Shown here piece after piece: positions 41,528 through 55,045 of a stretch of 64,000 bases of DNA; the first letter of the stretch is position 1; each line of letters begins with the position of its first letter. Source of the DNA: Octopus sinensis. Its lineage: Eukaryota. Below the pieces are notes generated by a model, which saw nothing but the letters and a program-made list of their open reading frames with translations, ran no database searches and had not been told where the DNA came from. Position numbers and translations under genes: made by a program. Where the stretch lies: positions 41,354,001-41,418,000 of the forward strand of contig NC_043008.1 of NCBI RefSeq assembly GCF_006345805.1. The letters run 5' to 3'.

Positions 41528-41620
41528 ATGTATATATATTCATATAAATGTATCATTATCCAAGTATGTAATATATACGTATATCAGTATTATATATAAT
41601 GTATAGGACTGTGTGAATAT
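41362..41620. repeat. Local ~180-bp-period duplication in a microsatellite-rich tract
   Basis: ATAAATGTATCATTAT..AAGTATGTAAT.TATACGTATATCAGTAT..TATATAATGTAT..GACTGTGTGAATAT occurs twice. Confidence 0.8.
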
Positions 41621-41635
41621 GTATATGTATGTATG

Positions 41636-41691
<56 letters not shown>

Positions 41692-42552
41692 ATATGCCTG
41701 CGTGTATGTATGTGTGTATGAATTTTATGTATATATGTATGTATGTATGTATGTATATATGCATGTATAGATGCGCGCGTGCATCTATATATTCATTCAT
41801 CATAACAGAACTAAAAATGAAAAATAGACCTTTTCAATGAGAAGGTTACACATGGGTACATGAAATTAATAACACCGATGCTGGAGAGAATATATTAAAG
41901 CCTGGACGAGTGTATCGATATGCGGATAATATCTCATATTAGTAGTCATCTTCGTTTCATCCCTGAACATGAAAATCTGACCAATTACATTTTGGGCAAT
42001 GTAACAGAAATACGAATCAGACGGTAATAGATATTTTAAGTTATGCAAACCGTAAAGTGTAGGAATATGTGTTATTATTGTCATTTTCTGATAGAATTTT
42101 CTCAAGATATTTCCTTTTAGTGTGACTTAATGTGCCTGCCAGAGCAATCTGGATTGTAGTAAGAAATATAAGATTAAAAATAACTAAGAGAGGTGAACAG
42201 TGCGAGGTTGATAAATATGTTGGAAAAAAATATTTAAACCAACAAAGGTAACTGAAACAAAATGTACCTTGTATTTTTTCGTCCAGTGTACAAATTGAGA
42301 AAATAAGCGTGTGCCCTGTTCAGACATTGGCTATTCATTTGGAAGCAATATAATGAGAAAATGGGGGAATAAATGGGGCATCAATAGGTCATTGAGAAGA
42401 AATATACTTACCTTATTTCCAAACCTTAGTGTCCCTCTCATCCCGACTGTAATATCGGGAACAAGTGTCTAAAGAGACGTAGTTCCATATTTTATGATAT
42501 CTTCACCGTATCGAGAATCACAAAATGCATACATATTTCAATATGTATAGAA

Positions 42553-43056
42553 TGAATGGATGGATGGAAGGATGGATGGGTGGATGGGTGGTTGGGTGGA
42601 TGGATGGATGGATGGATGGATGGATGGATGGATGGATGGATGGATGGATGGTTGGGTTGATGGATGGAAGGATGGATGGGTGGATGGATGGATGGATGGA
42701 TGGATGGATGGATGGAAGGATGGATGGGTGGATGGGTGGTGGGTGGATGGATGGATGGATGGATGGATGGGTGGATGGGTGGTTGGGTGGATGGATGGAT
42801 GGATGGATGGATGGATGGATGGATGGATGGAAGGATGGATGGGTGGATGGGTGGATGGATGGATGGATGGAAGGATGGATGGATGGATGGATGGGTGGAT
42901 GGGTGGTTGGGTGGATGGGTGGTTGGGTGGATGGATGGATGGATGGATGGGTGGATGGATGGATGGATGGATGGATGGATGGATAGATGGATGGAAGGAT
43001 GGATGGGTGGATAGGTGGTTGGGTGGATGGATGGATGGATGGATGGATGGATGGAT
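42553..43056. repeat. (GGAT)n/(GGGT)n microsatellite, ~500 bp
   Basis: Direct reading; source of the MDGW/HPSI ORFs. Confidence 0.97.
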
Positions 43057-43714
43057 AATATGAGGAAAGCATAAAAACATATCGCTTTCAAAAATACTGC
43101 CTTTTAAGTAAATTTCCTGTCATTGTCCCACCGACAAAATTTGATCAAAACGAGAATACACATGGTTTCTTGCATACGTATTCATACAGTTTGTATATGC
43201 TGGGTATATACATATACGCATATCAGAAATAGTATTTGAATACACGCTGCATGTTTATGCATTTAAAAATACATAAACATGTACATAGAATGGCCTTTCC
43301 TTCGAATGTAAATAAAAAACAGTTACATATCTTTCTAGAGCCAGATACAATTTATAACGTTTATGTTGTATCATTAATGATAACACTTGCGCTCCAGCAC
43401 CTGTTTCAAAAGGATCTCCTGGTATACGACAACATGTTTTCATTTTGTTCAGTCATCGATTAGAGTAGCATGTTTTACCTCTAACTTACTTTATATTTAT
43501 TCTCCCAAAAGCCTATTTTCTCCGCAGTTCTCTTTCTGTCTCTCTTTATCCTCTCTTCCGCTACCTTTCTTCCATTCTTTGCATCTCTCTAACTTCTCAA
43601 ATACGTAACTTACCCTTGCTCGCTGTGTTGTTCAGTTACGAGAAAAAAGTTCCTATATCATTATATATATTTTTAAAAAATGATATTTTTTATTGTAAAT
43701 CTAGGATTCACTTC

Positions 43715-43966
43715 TATATTTAAGAGATGAGGAAGTATGTACATTATTTACATTCGACGGATATTTGTCCTCATCTTGTTTGTTGGTAACACAACGTTTC
43801 GGCTAATATATCCTCCAGTCTCCTTCGGATGTCTTAGTGAAATTTTGAACCTGGGTTCTCATTCCTAAAGTATTTTTCGGTGTTATCATTGTTTTTGTTG
43901 TTCAGGTCACTCGGAATCTTGGAATCTTGGGGTTAGTAGCCCGCGATCTTAACCACTACGCCATAT
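43715..43966 (-). mobile_element. tRNA-headed short element carrying a decayed hammerhead motif
   Basis: Minus strand: A box TGGCGTAGTGG (43953-43963) and tRNA-like GGCTACTAACC arm, then ACAU-CCGAAGGA-GACUG..UUAGCC-GAAACGUU-GUGU (43789-43832). Confidence 0.55.
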
Positions 43967-44201
43967 TCCCATGGGCAACTATGGAGTGAATTTTAGGGCT
44001 TATAAATCTAATATTTTTCTATCCTTCCTTAATACCGGTTTCCATATGATGCTCATATCTGCACTCGGTCTGCTTGGAAGGTTGTTGTGTCCTAGCATAT
44101 GTGCTGCTCTTTTAGTTTTTGTATTTTGCCGGTGGTGTTCTCTGTCTATTTTCCAGTTGTGTTCTCTGTCTATATAATAAAAATCTAAGGTTGTTTTTAA
44201 C

Positions 44202-44248
<47 letters not shown>

Positions 44249-46746
44249 CTTGAATTTAGATAGGGTAACCTATTCGAGATTAGACAGTAGTGACCAGTAT
44301 TCTAGCTCTAAATACCAAGCCCTAGTGATAGAGCATTTATAGATCGGGATAATTATTGTATAGAACATTACTATATATCTTGTCTACACTCCAGAGAGCA
44401 AAGACGGTTTTAGCGTTTGGAATTCAGCGGTTAATTCAAAAATATATTGCAAACTAATTTTTAACAAATATAACAAAACAATATCTTACTAGATTACAAT
44501 GGAGTATTAGTTCCGATGAATTATTGATTTCTTGCGGTGTTTTCTTTTTTATTTATGTCTTTTTCATTTTCGGAATCATCGCTTCTGATTTTAGTGTCTC
44601 TTTTTTTTTTCATTATTTAAAACATATTTTCCTCTTCTTTCATTTGTCACAGCGCAGCTAAATTTAATGACCCGTTCCGATCTTCGAATCATGAATTGTG
44701 GTTTTGAAGTTAAAACTAATTTATAAATTGCAACTCCTTACAAGCTCCATATATCTCAATCAAATAACGACGGTCAAACAATATTTTTCAAAGATTTATA
44801 GATGTTGTACCTTTCAAAACCAAAAAAAAAAAAAACATTTAAAATCTCATTTCTTGTTCTCCAACGATATAAAAGAATTTATATGGCTGGCGTTTTTTAC
44901 AATGAACACATCTGATGTTTTTGAAAATGTTTTACTAGTCATTAATCTGTGGAGTTATTCTAGTAATTTTTTATACATTATTTTGTGAGTGGCAGTAAAT
45001 AACTGAATACAATAGTTGATATATATTGAAACTCAGAGAGGAAAATAAGTTGCCAATGAAATTTCATACACAACTGCAGCGCATATATAGGTCTATATAC
45101 GTATACGTTTGTATGAGTATTCGTGTCTAAGAGTGTACGCGTGTATATATCTGATTTTAAGTCTGTTAATTTGAGTGTGTGTGTGTGTATGTGTGTGTGT
45201 GTGTTTGTGTTTGTGTAGTTTCATTTATGAAGCCATGAATATTTATGTATATATAATCAATTATGCATTCATACAGGAAACATGAGTTTGTTTGCTTTCT
45301 CCGAGCTCCCTTTCCTTCATTTACTTGGCTGTGCAATATAGAATTTTTCCATATATTTTCCAGGTCATTTTTTGAAACATAGGCTTAGCACAAATTTATA
45401 TAGAGACATTGTAACTCATAACACTTTATTGTAGTACTCTAATGAATGTATATCTGCATGACTATTAATAAACCAGAACTCATGCAACATCTATGAAAAA
45501 ATATTCCTCGCTAACCACTTCCAAACTGTCTATGCGAATTCACATATCTGTTTCATTCAGCAGTTTTATGGTGAAATTCATATAGGCATACAAACACACT
45601 TTTTGTCCTAAATCCACTCTGTCATTTCCTTTTCGGAATCTTACTGCCCGTGTTCCTGGAATTATAAAAGCAAGAGAAGCTAATATTACCCATAATTTCT
45701 TTGTAGAAGATCTATATTTACCATCCTGAATAGCAGCTCTATTTAATGACAACATTTTCCGCTAATATGACGTTGGACTTTAACCAAAATAAATGTTCAT
45801 ATTTATTCCTGGAATGTGGGAAAACTGTTCCGCAAACACTAAATGGTTGAGTGATTTGATTCTCTCTCCGGTTTGTCCCACAAAACAAGTGCGATAAATA
45901 TCAAGGCAATGACGAATATATCCTATACAAATGTATTAGTACAAAGAAAGATAGAATAAAGGAAAATATACTTGACTTTAAAGATATATGGCTATCAGCG
46001 CCTTACACTTATAACAAGAACTATTCCACAATCCATTTGCAGCGTTATTACTTACTAATATGTTGATACTCAACAGATCTGTTGTGGAAAACTATTCTGT
46101 AAATATTCAAATATCTAAGATGTTGACATCACTTGTATAATTTCATAAAAACAGATTCAATTTCTGGTAAAAAGAGGGAGGAGGTCGTTTGAGGTTATAA
46201 CACACAGCCTTGAAGTATTGCATATCACCTTTAAAACATGTGAAGAAACCACATACAAAGCAATAACAGTAAAAATGATGCATCAATAAATTATTAAAAA
46301 TGAAATGAATAACATTCCGAGAATCTGTATTGAATAAGTTTCAGTCATTTGACCGCAGTCGAAAGACTGAAACAAGTAAAAGATGAAATATAAAATATGT
46401 GATTCACCTTTGTTTAACATTTTTTTAGCGAACAAATACAGACATTCAAATTTGTAGGAACTTTTCCTAAGGACCATTAAATTAAAGTTGCAAAATGTAT
46501 TTATCTGATGGCGTAGATTTAGAGAAATACGGAAGAACATGATTTTAGTCATATTTTTCCCCATTTTCTTCTTCGTTTGGCATATCTGAATATATTTCCA
46601 TCATTTCATACTTTAAAATATCCAGTACGTTGCTGATTATCATGATTATCTGCTATTTCAGGATAATCTAGTTTAATCACTGGCTATAAACTAGTTTGAA
46701 GCACATAATCGAAATCAACCACATTGACAACTGTATAGGCTTAACA

Positions 46747-47056
46747 TTGTTTTTGTTTGTTCTTTCTCGAGCAATGCCTGGCTCATAAGGGCCGGTTTCC
46801 CGGTTTCTTGGCGTGTAGGTTCTCCACCTAGACGGGACGCCGGTCCCTCGAAGGTAAGCTGCAAGATGCAGGAGGAAAGAGTGAGAGAAAGTTGTGGTGG
46901 AAGAGTCAGCAGACGTTTCGCCATTACCTTCTGTCGGAGCCGCGTGGAGCTTAGGTGTTTCGCTCATAAACGCACACATCGACCGGTCTCAGATTCGAAC
47001 CCGCGATCCCTCGACCGCGAGTCCGGTGCTCTAACCACAAGGCCATGTGCCTCCAC
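46747..47056 (-). mobile_element. Full-length tRNA-derived SINE (V/CORE-like body)
   Basis: A box TGGCCTTGTGG, B box GGTTCGAATC, body GACCGGCGTCCCGTCTAGG and GAAACCGGGAAACCGGCCCTTATGAGCC, (AAAC)-like tail. Confidence 0.85.
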
Positions 47057-48482
47057 AAGGCTTAGCGTTGTTCCTTTATGATACTGAAAATACACGATTA
47101 AATATAAGGAACGACGCAGATAGAAATATGACGAGTTGATAGTAATTTATAAACTGCATAGCAATTGAGACATCTTAAACAGCTGACATTGCAAATGTTT
47201 GTCGAAAGATAAAACCGTCTAATGGTTTGAAACAACACTCATTTAGAGCGCTGGAACTAAAGTAAACTATGTTTAATAGTACGATACGCTTGTCTGAGAG
47301 TGAACAGTTGTTTGTCTAATTGGTAACACCATTTCTTTAAGGCCAAATGTACTCTACAATTGGGCCTAAATCTACTTGTGATTTGGAGTGCGAAATACAA
47401 TGTATATAGATATAAAACAACGTGATCATTAACCTACAATCTTATTATGCTGAAAAGTCTAACGTTTCGATACTATTAATTTCACATTGCCTTGTTTAGA
47501 TGGGAAAATAGTGGAAAAAAATGGTGTACATACAAGCAAATAACAGCATAAATATATGTATGTATGTATGTATTATGTATGTATGTATTATGTATGTATG
47601 TATTATGTATGCACACACACACACACACACATTTCCATTCAACTGAATTTGTTCAAAAGATGCCAATTATACGGAATTCTGTAGTACTATATATTTTTTC
47701 CCTTATTCTATTAACAACATCATTAATAACTGAGTATGTTTCGTTTGGATAAGCCTCTCTCACAAAATGAAAAACAAACCAGGCACACATATATGAATAC
47801 AAGTGCAACCATATTTCTCCCCTTTGGTAATAATATTTGAAAGCTTTGTGCAATAATCGCCCATATGAAAGTTCTATCTATAATTAATATGGACACTGAA
47901 AAGGATTTCTTCAGAAAGGAATAAGAGGAAAAAAATTAATATAAAAGACGGCGGTTTCAGAGATAATGTAATAGGGAATGAAGAAATATATTTGGCACTG
48001 AAATAAGACGTAGGTAGCTCTGTGGATATATTTAATGATATAGATTTGAATACCGGTTCTTCCCAACTACATCGAATATTATATGAGGCGATGAGTACGC
48101 AGGCTCAGATTTATGATTATTATTGTTTTTATTATTGTTGCTGTTATTCTTATTATTTTTGTTGTGTTCAATGCTGTGTTCTGATTGTTGTTGTTTTTAT
48201 ATTGGAGGAGACATTTTATATTCATTTCATATGCGTGCATTCATTCCACTTCCGAGCACAGATTCTTGTATCGTGTATGTGCCGTTTTCACGCAGTGCCA
48301 TTCTCTTTGTACATCTGAGTAAATTCTGGAGATCGGTACGATGTATTTGCTTACTATTTTCATATTTATTTAATCGATTTAATCGTCTATGCAAAACTGG
48401 TAAACAATGGAAATGCGAGGGTGATATATAATGATCACCTTTGAACAAATGCTTAATTTAAAAAAACAAAAAGCAAATACAA

Positions 48483-48696
48483 CTCTTTTACTGGTTTCAA
48501 CTGGATCACCGCCTTTAGTCGAGCGAATCGACCCCAGGTCTTATTCTTTGTAAGTCTAGTACTTATTCTATCGGTCTCTTTTGCCGAACCGCTAAGTTAC
48601 GGGAACATAAACACACCAGCATAGGTTGTCAAGTGATGTTGGGAGAACAAAACAGACACAAACATATACATACACATATATACATAAATATAAAAA

Positions 48697-48731
<35 letters not shown>

Positions 48732-48897
48732 CATGACGGGCTTCTTTCAGTTTCCATGTACCAAATCCACTGACAAGGCTTTAGTCGGCCCGAGGCTATA
48801 GTAGAAGACACTTACCCAAATTGCTATGCAGTGGGACTGAATCCAGAACCATGTGATTGGTAAGTAAGCTACTTACCACACAGCCACTCCTGCACCT
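48483..48897 (-). mobile_element. SINE AB
   Basis: Tail CACCGCCTTTAGTCGAGCG..., head ...CTACTTACCACACAGCCACTCCTGC. Confidence 0.88.
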
Positions 48898-50056
48898 GTT
48901 AACAACTGTTAACAAGGAACAAAAGATAGGAGAATGAATATAGTCACGAATCAATTATATGTTTTTTAATTCAATATATTTTTAGAGCTCATTAATTAGA
49001 AAATTCTATTGTTATTGATGACTCCTTGTAAGTAAATTACACCCTCACTTATGGAAGTATTACTTCCGTGATGTCTGTATATATGCATGTAATCTATAAA
49101 CATATACCATTTGTACCCATGTACATAATTAGTGAATTGTTGCAAGTATTGAGCAGTAAAGTTCAGATATTTATTTAGATAATTATCATTTTCCTCAAGT
49201 ACTAATTATTTGCATCTGGCGATGCTCACTCCCCAGATTCGATTTCCCGGCATATTTTCTGTATCAAATCCAAGGAGCCCATTTTCCTATATTAAAACCA
49301 TGACTGAATGATACGGTTTTTGTTTTATTTGTTTGTTATTCGTGGTGGGCAGGAACAGTTTGCGGTTGATAAAAACAATGCTCCGATTGTTTGTTTACCT
49401 CAATTCACCTCAGATATTATCTACTGCTACGAATATTTTTTAAGTTAATTATACGAAGTAAAATAAATTTAACAAGTATTACACATTTATCTCTAAGAAT
49501 CTCTCTCATTTGGTTTGTTTTGACGTGTTTCTTTCAATTTATGTTATTGATATATATCTTCAGAGCAGTCAAACAACTTCCTTTCATGTTACACTTCAAT
49601 GTAGTTTACTTTAATGTTAAACCGGACGTACATGTATGCCGTTTTGAGAGATTTGGAGAATCTTGTTTTCTTCTTAAGGCTACAACTTTAAAAATAAAAA
49701 TAAAAGCAGTTTATCAAAACGGGGAAAATCAAACAGTAACATAACAGCAACATTTTCATCTGTTCAACAAGAAAAGGAGAAATGGAGATTATCCAACAGC
49801 GGAAGGTGACTTTGAAACCTAACTTTAGCAACTTTCGAAATGTAAGCTATCGCCCTTACAATTTCCCTTACATGACTTTAACACAAGCACAATCTCAGCT
49901 CCCAGAATCATAACAGTGCGTAAAGGAATATTTCAATCAAGAATATCAATAGTAAATTGATGGAGAAAGGTAAGAAAGGTCTTTTGATTATACCTCCGCT
50001 ATCATCACGAACACTCGCTACCCTGCATCATACAGGAACAGAAAACAATAAAATAT

Positions 50057-50290
50057 AAGGCGGTGAGCTGGCAGAAACGTTAGCACGACGGGAAAAATGC
50101 TTTATGGTATTTCGTCTGCCGTTACGTTCTGAGTTCAAATTCCGCCGAGGTCGACATTGCCTTTCATCCTTTCGGGGTCGATTAAATATGTACTAATTAC
50201 GCACTAGTGTCGATATAATCGACTTAATCCGTTTGTCTGTATTGTTTGTCCTCTCTATGTTTAGCCCCTTGTGGGCAATAAAGAAATAGA
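50057..50290 (+). mobile_element. tRNA-derived SINE, family C
   Basis: AAGGCGGTGAGCTGGCAGAAACGTTAGC head, GAGTTCAAATTCC B box, TTTCATCCTTTCGGGGTCG core; many decayed copies elsewhere (e.g. ~4520, 14450, 23450, 24850, 32050, 37850, 56100, 56950, 61390). Confidence 0.88.
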
Positions 50291-52557
50291 AATAGGAACA
50301 GAAGACAATACTATATAATTCGAAAGGGCCTCACGATTGACATGCCAGTGATCAGACAACTCTCGAATATTGTTTGCAACGAGGTTGCACTGTCAGCGCT
50401 AGGGTATTGGCATCAAGACAAGAAGAGTCAGAATGATATTATTGGTATTATTATCAGAATAATATTATTGGTACAGTATAGTTTTGGTTTACTTATATTT
50501 TAAATTTTGTTTCCTGTCACACAACTAATATGGCAAAACGTGTAACAGGCATTTAACAAATATAAATTTTAAAATATATTTGAAATTCACACACGGTGAA
50601 GAATCAAATACATGGGGGAAAATACTATTTCTGGGCAATGATGTATTCCATGGGTCTCCAATAATGTTTCAAAATAACAGCAATTACTTCGGGAACAGCT
50701 GCTTGTTATTGATGTTATTCAAAAATCATTCCTATAGGTTTTCACTGAACTAGTGATATACGTGACTTTGTTACTTGCATTTTCTTTTTATTGAACTAGA
50801 ATACACAATGGGATATGTTTCCAGTGTATAGTGACATTACTGGGTGCATATTGCGTACAGTTTGAAAATCTTTATGTTTTCCTCATACATTTGTCGGTAA
50901 GTTTTGCGTTTATTTTATAATTTTCACAGCATTTATTACCATAAGGTTCGTGTTACTTTTCACATATATCGTTACTCTGATAGCGAAGAATTAAGAAATT
51001 TCTCAAATAAATAGTTTCGTGATGACAGATTTAAACGACAACTTTTACCCCGCAAAAAAAAATAACTCTTTTTTTGTATTTGCAACACTCTAACAATTCC
51101 TGATGGATCTCTACGTCTCAAGATTCAAGTTCAACTGAAATTACTTCCCTAATATCAATACACATTATATACAGTCGATCCTTTTCTTTCGAAGTCAAGT
51201 ATTGTTCGGAATTTCATACCTTCCAGAAATGCGTAAATATCTGAAAAAAATGCGTTCCACATTGAAATTATATTCATCACATGAGACATCCGTAGGTGAC
51301 ATTTCATTGCAATCAATATTTACCTTTACCAAAATAACTACAACATGAAAATTACATTATTCTCCTGTTCACGAAGATATATTTATATATATATTACAAT
51401 TACAAGATAACACTGCAAAAATATGAGGTAATATTCCAAAATATCCCTTAGCATGCGGGAAAGCCTTATGCAACATGGTACATAACAAGCTTGAAACAAG
51501 CATATCAAATTTCTCTAGAAAACAACATTTCTTCCACACTATTTTATATGTATATTGATTTACATTTTACAGAAAATATGTCATTAAGAGGGGAAAAAAG
51601 AGTGAGGAACTGTACGAAGTGCAAGAAACAAATATGAGAAGTAACATACATGACTACAAATATGAAAACCCATTGTTATTAATGTTATTCATGGCATAAT
51701 CTGGCATTAGAGTAAATAAACAAGAGCCCAACATATGCTGTGAAATGTCTTCTTTACAAAATAGAAACAAATGAAAAGAAAATATCACGTGTTATTAATT
51801 TATACACACAACATTATAAAAATAATGTAGGTTTCATCCCTCCTTAGTTTTAATAACCTGGCCTAGTTCTTTGGTAATATAATAGCAGACACTTGGTCTG
51901 ATGATAGGTTCTTTACGTCCTCAAACCTTGCTGAACATGGACAGAATTATGGGCGATGAACTTGCACCTCTATCTTGTCTTCATTACCTACATGTCTTTC
52001 ATGGAATATATTTTCATTTTTATGTCGCTTTCTTTCCGCAGACATGAAGCTTTTCCTTTTTCATTTCGTCGGCTGCATTAGGATCACTTCCTCCTTTCTT
52101 CATAAGAGTCTCGTAATAGATTAATAAAAATAATTAATATCATTTTACTAACTTCATCACTGAACTACGATCATGCCCGGGTTCGATTTCAGTATTTATT
52201 TTATAGGTTTTTAAAAAGAAAAATGGCATAATTTTTATCCTTCTCTTTTGCAGAACCAACAATTTTCGGGTACGTAATCCAGCGTTAGTTGTCCAGTTTT
52301 CGTGGTGGATAAACACAAACACAACGACACACACATATACATATATGCATACATATTAAATACACATACACACAGACACCTGCACACACACGCACGCACA
52401 CAAACACACACAGAGATATATATGTATGTATATCCCGTGATCACGTGACCGACCAGACCATCAGATGTTCCTACACATCGCTGGTCACAATGCGTTCGCA
52501 TTGTTTTAGCCTTCGAATAACGCCAACCTGCTGGCTAAGCGAGCAGGCCAATGTATG

Positions 52558-52610
<53 letters not shown>

Positions 52611-52655
52611 ATGTATGCGTATATATGTATATATAGTGCGTATGTATGTGTAATG

Positions 52656-52719
<64 letters not shown>

Positions 52720-52732
52720 TATATATATGTAC

Positions 52733-52789
<57 letters not shown>

Positions 52790-53003
52790 TAAAGCAGGTT
52801 TCTTTCAGTTCCCGAATACAAGATCCACTCACAATGCTTTGACCAGCTTTCATCGAGAGTGGGAGTCCCAAGTCCCAAGACCAAACCCTTGAGAAGCAAG
52901 GCTCTTAAACAGCCACCCACACCTGTGCTATGGTGCGGGGTTAATTCACGGATAAGGTCTCCAGTACAAAGCACAAGAAATATTTCATGAAACCACTAAA
53001 AAA

Positions 53004-53234
53004 TTTCTTTACTACCCACAAGCGGCCAAACACAGAGGGAACAAACAAGGATAGACAACCGGATTAAGTCGATTGCATCGACTCCAGTGCATAACTGGTA
53101 CTTAATTTATAGACCCTGAAAGGATGAAAGGCAAAGTCGACCTCGGCGGAATTTGAACTCAGAACGTAACGGCAGACGAAATCCGGCTCCGCATTTCGCC
53201 TGGTGTGCTAGCGGTTCTGCCAGCTCGCCGCTTT
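53004..53234 (-). mobile_element. SINE family C with 14-bp target-site duplication
   Basis: AAACCACTAAAAAA at both 52990-53003 and 53235-53248. Confidence 0.9.
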
Positions 53235-53899
53235 AAACCACTAAAAAATAATGTTAGTTTCTTGACCATTCACGTGAACATCTCACTCTAAGTAGAAACA
53301 AATGCAGACTGTAACTAGGAAGAATAACCTGATAAATGAGATATTTCGAATCGTTCGGCAAAGAAAGGTAGCATGTATTTCAAAAATTACCTGAAGAACA
53401 TAATGCAAACAATTCATCCCATACAGGTTTCAAATGCTGGATTTTTTTAACCAACAGGTGTCATATTTGGGGAGACTTACACCTGAAATTTATTTGCATA
53501 TATTTTTGACGACACCAGGGGAGCACTGTTCTGAATTAAATCTAAGGATGTGCTCATATATACCGAGTTGAGAATCTCTTTTGAACAGCTGTGCAAATGC
53601 ATGATTCTTGTTGAGACACTGGACAATGTTTTGTATTATGTCATAAAAATATCTACTAGATTATCTGTGTTGAGCATATATTTGTGAGTCAAATGTTAAA
53701 TATACTGTTATAAACAAATGTCGGTAACTCGATTATAGGCAAAATCGTGTTCATAACCTGAACCAACACAAACGCACACGTTCATACATACTCGCACACA
53801 CACGCACACACACGCACACACTCACGAGCGCACGCACACATACATGCCCAAGCATTTACACACACAGGCGCGCTCGCACACACAGACACACACACGCGT

Positions 53900-53939
<40 letters not shown>

Positions 53940-54490
53940 GTCGGTCGTCTAAACAATACTCTTTGCCCCTCGTATGATACTTTTTACCAACTCCAAATTG
54001 ATGGAAGGCAAGACTGATCTAGTAAATATATGATCTCAGTATAACTGACCTAAGGAAGTATATACCAAGCTCTAACATATATATACGCTCGTATACACAG
54101 AGAAAAATACACACACATACACTTATATAAGATTGTATTTCATAAGATATTATATAACATTTTGCTGAATAACAACTCAGGAAAATTTATGAATATTAAC
54201 CAAAATATTGACTGCTATAAATCCCAGTTCCTATTTGAGATACTTTCGTCTAATGTTCATTTGTTTCTTGTTTGGGAAAATATCACGAATATTAATGAAT
54301 TGTGCGACTGTCTTGGCGAATGAATATCATTTTGTAAGTGATTTCATCTTCGATAGCCATAATTATGAAAGTATTAAGATTTCTCTCAAAGAAGACAACG
54401 CAAGCCTATATATACTTGCGTCCAGTATGATTGCTCTTGCACACACCTCTATATGTATATATGGAAATTTATAAATATAAATTATATATA

Positions 54491-54556
<66 letters not shown>

Positions 54557-54557
<1 letters not shown>

Positions 54558-54745
54558 CGGGAGGCTTTATAAAAATAAACAAAAGACAAAGGCAGGTGGA
54601 ATACAACCAAACAATTGTATTAGTATGGCGCTCAGGAATATAAATAAAACAAGTCCTTTTCGTTTCGAGCCTACGCTCTTCAACAGAAAGGTACACAGAA
54701 AAGAAACACGGAAAGAAACAAGGAGAGAAAAAAATGCGTGCAGAA
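54557..54745 (-). mobile_element. Solo Penelope-type pseudo-LTR, second subfamily
   Basis: Minus strand has a hammerhead motif followed by TTCCTGAGCGCC, as in 40609-40765. Confidence 0.6.
54655..54691 (-). ncRNA. Hammerhead-like motif, CUGUUGA variant, lacking U16.1
   Basis: CCUUU CUGUUGA A GAGC-GUAG-GCUC GAAAC G-A AAAGG; 5-bp stem I CCUUU/AAAGG, 4-bp stem II. Confidence 0.55.
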
Positions 54746-54770
54746 GCTAGCGAATCAACATGGCGATCTC

Positions 54771-54853
<83 letters not shown>

Positions 54854-54976
54854 CTGGCTTTATGGATATAATAGAAAGCATTGTATAAATAAATGTATAT
54901 ACCATATATTTATACGTTAGACACACACCCATATATATATATATATTATATATATATATATTATATATATATATAT

Positions 54977-55012
<36 letters not shown>

Positions 55013-55045
55013 TATATATATATTATATATATATATATATATATA

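Noticed and set aside
45540-45755. Minus ORF with hydrophobic LWVILASLAFIIPG
   Set aside because: No recognisable family and no convincing splice structure.
46905-46945. CCGACAGAAGG..GGCGAAACGUC hammerhead-like string inside a SINE
   Set aside because: The core is not CUGANGA and stem II does not form; more likely a SINE body hairpin.
46985-47056. tRNA-like cloverleaf with A and B boxes
   Set aside because: It continues directly into a SINE body and lacks a proper acceptor stem and terminator; it is a SINE head, not a tRNA gene. The same applies to the other tRNA-like heads.
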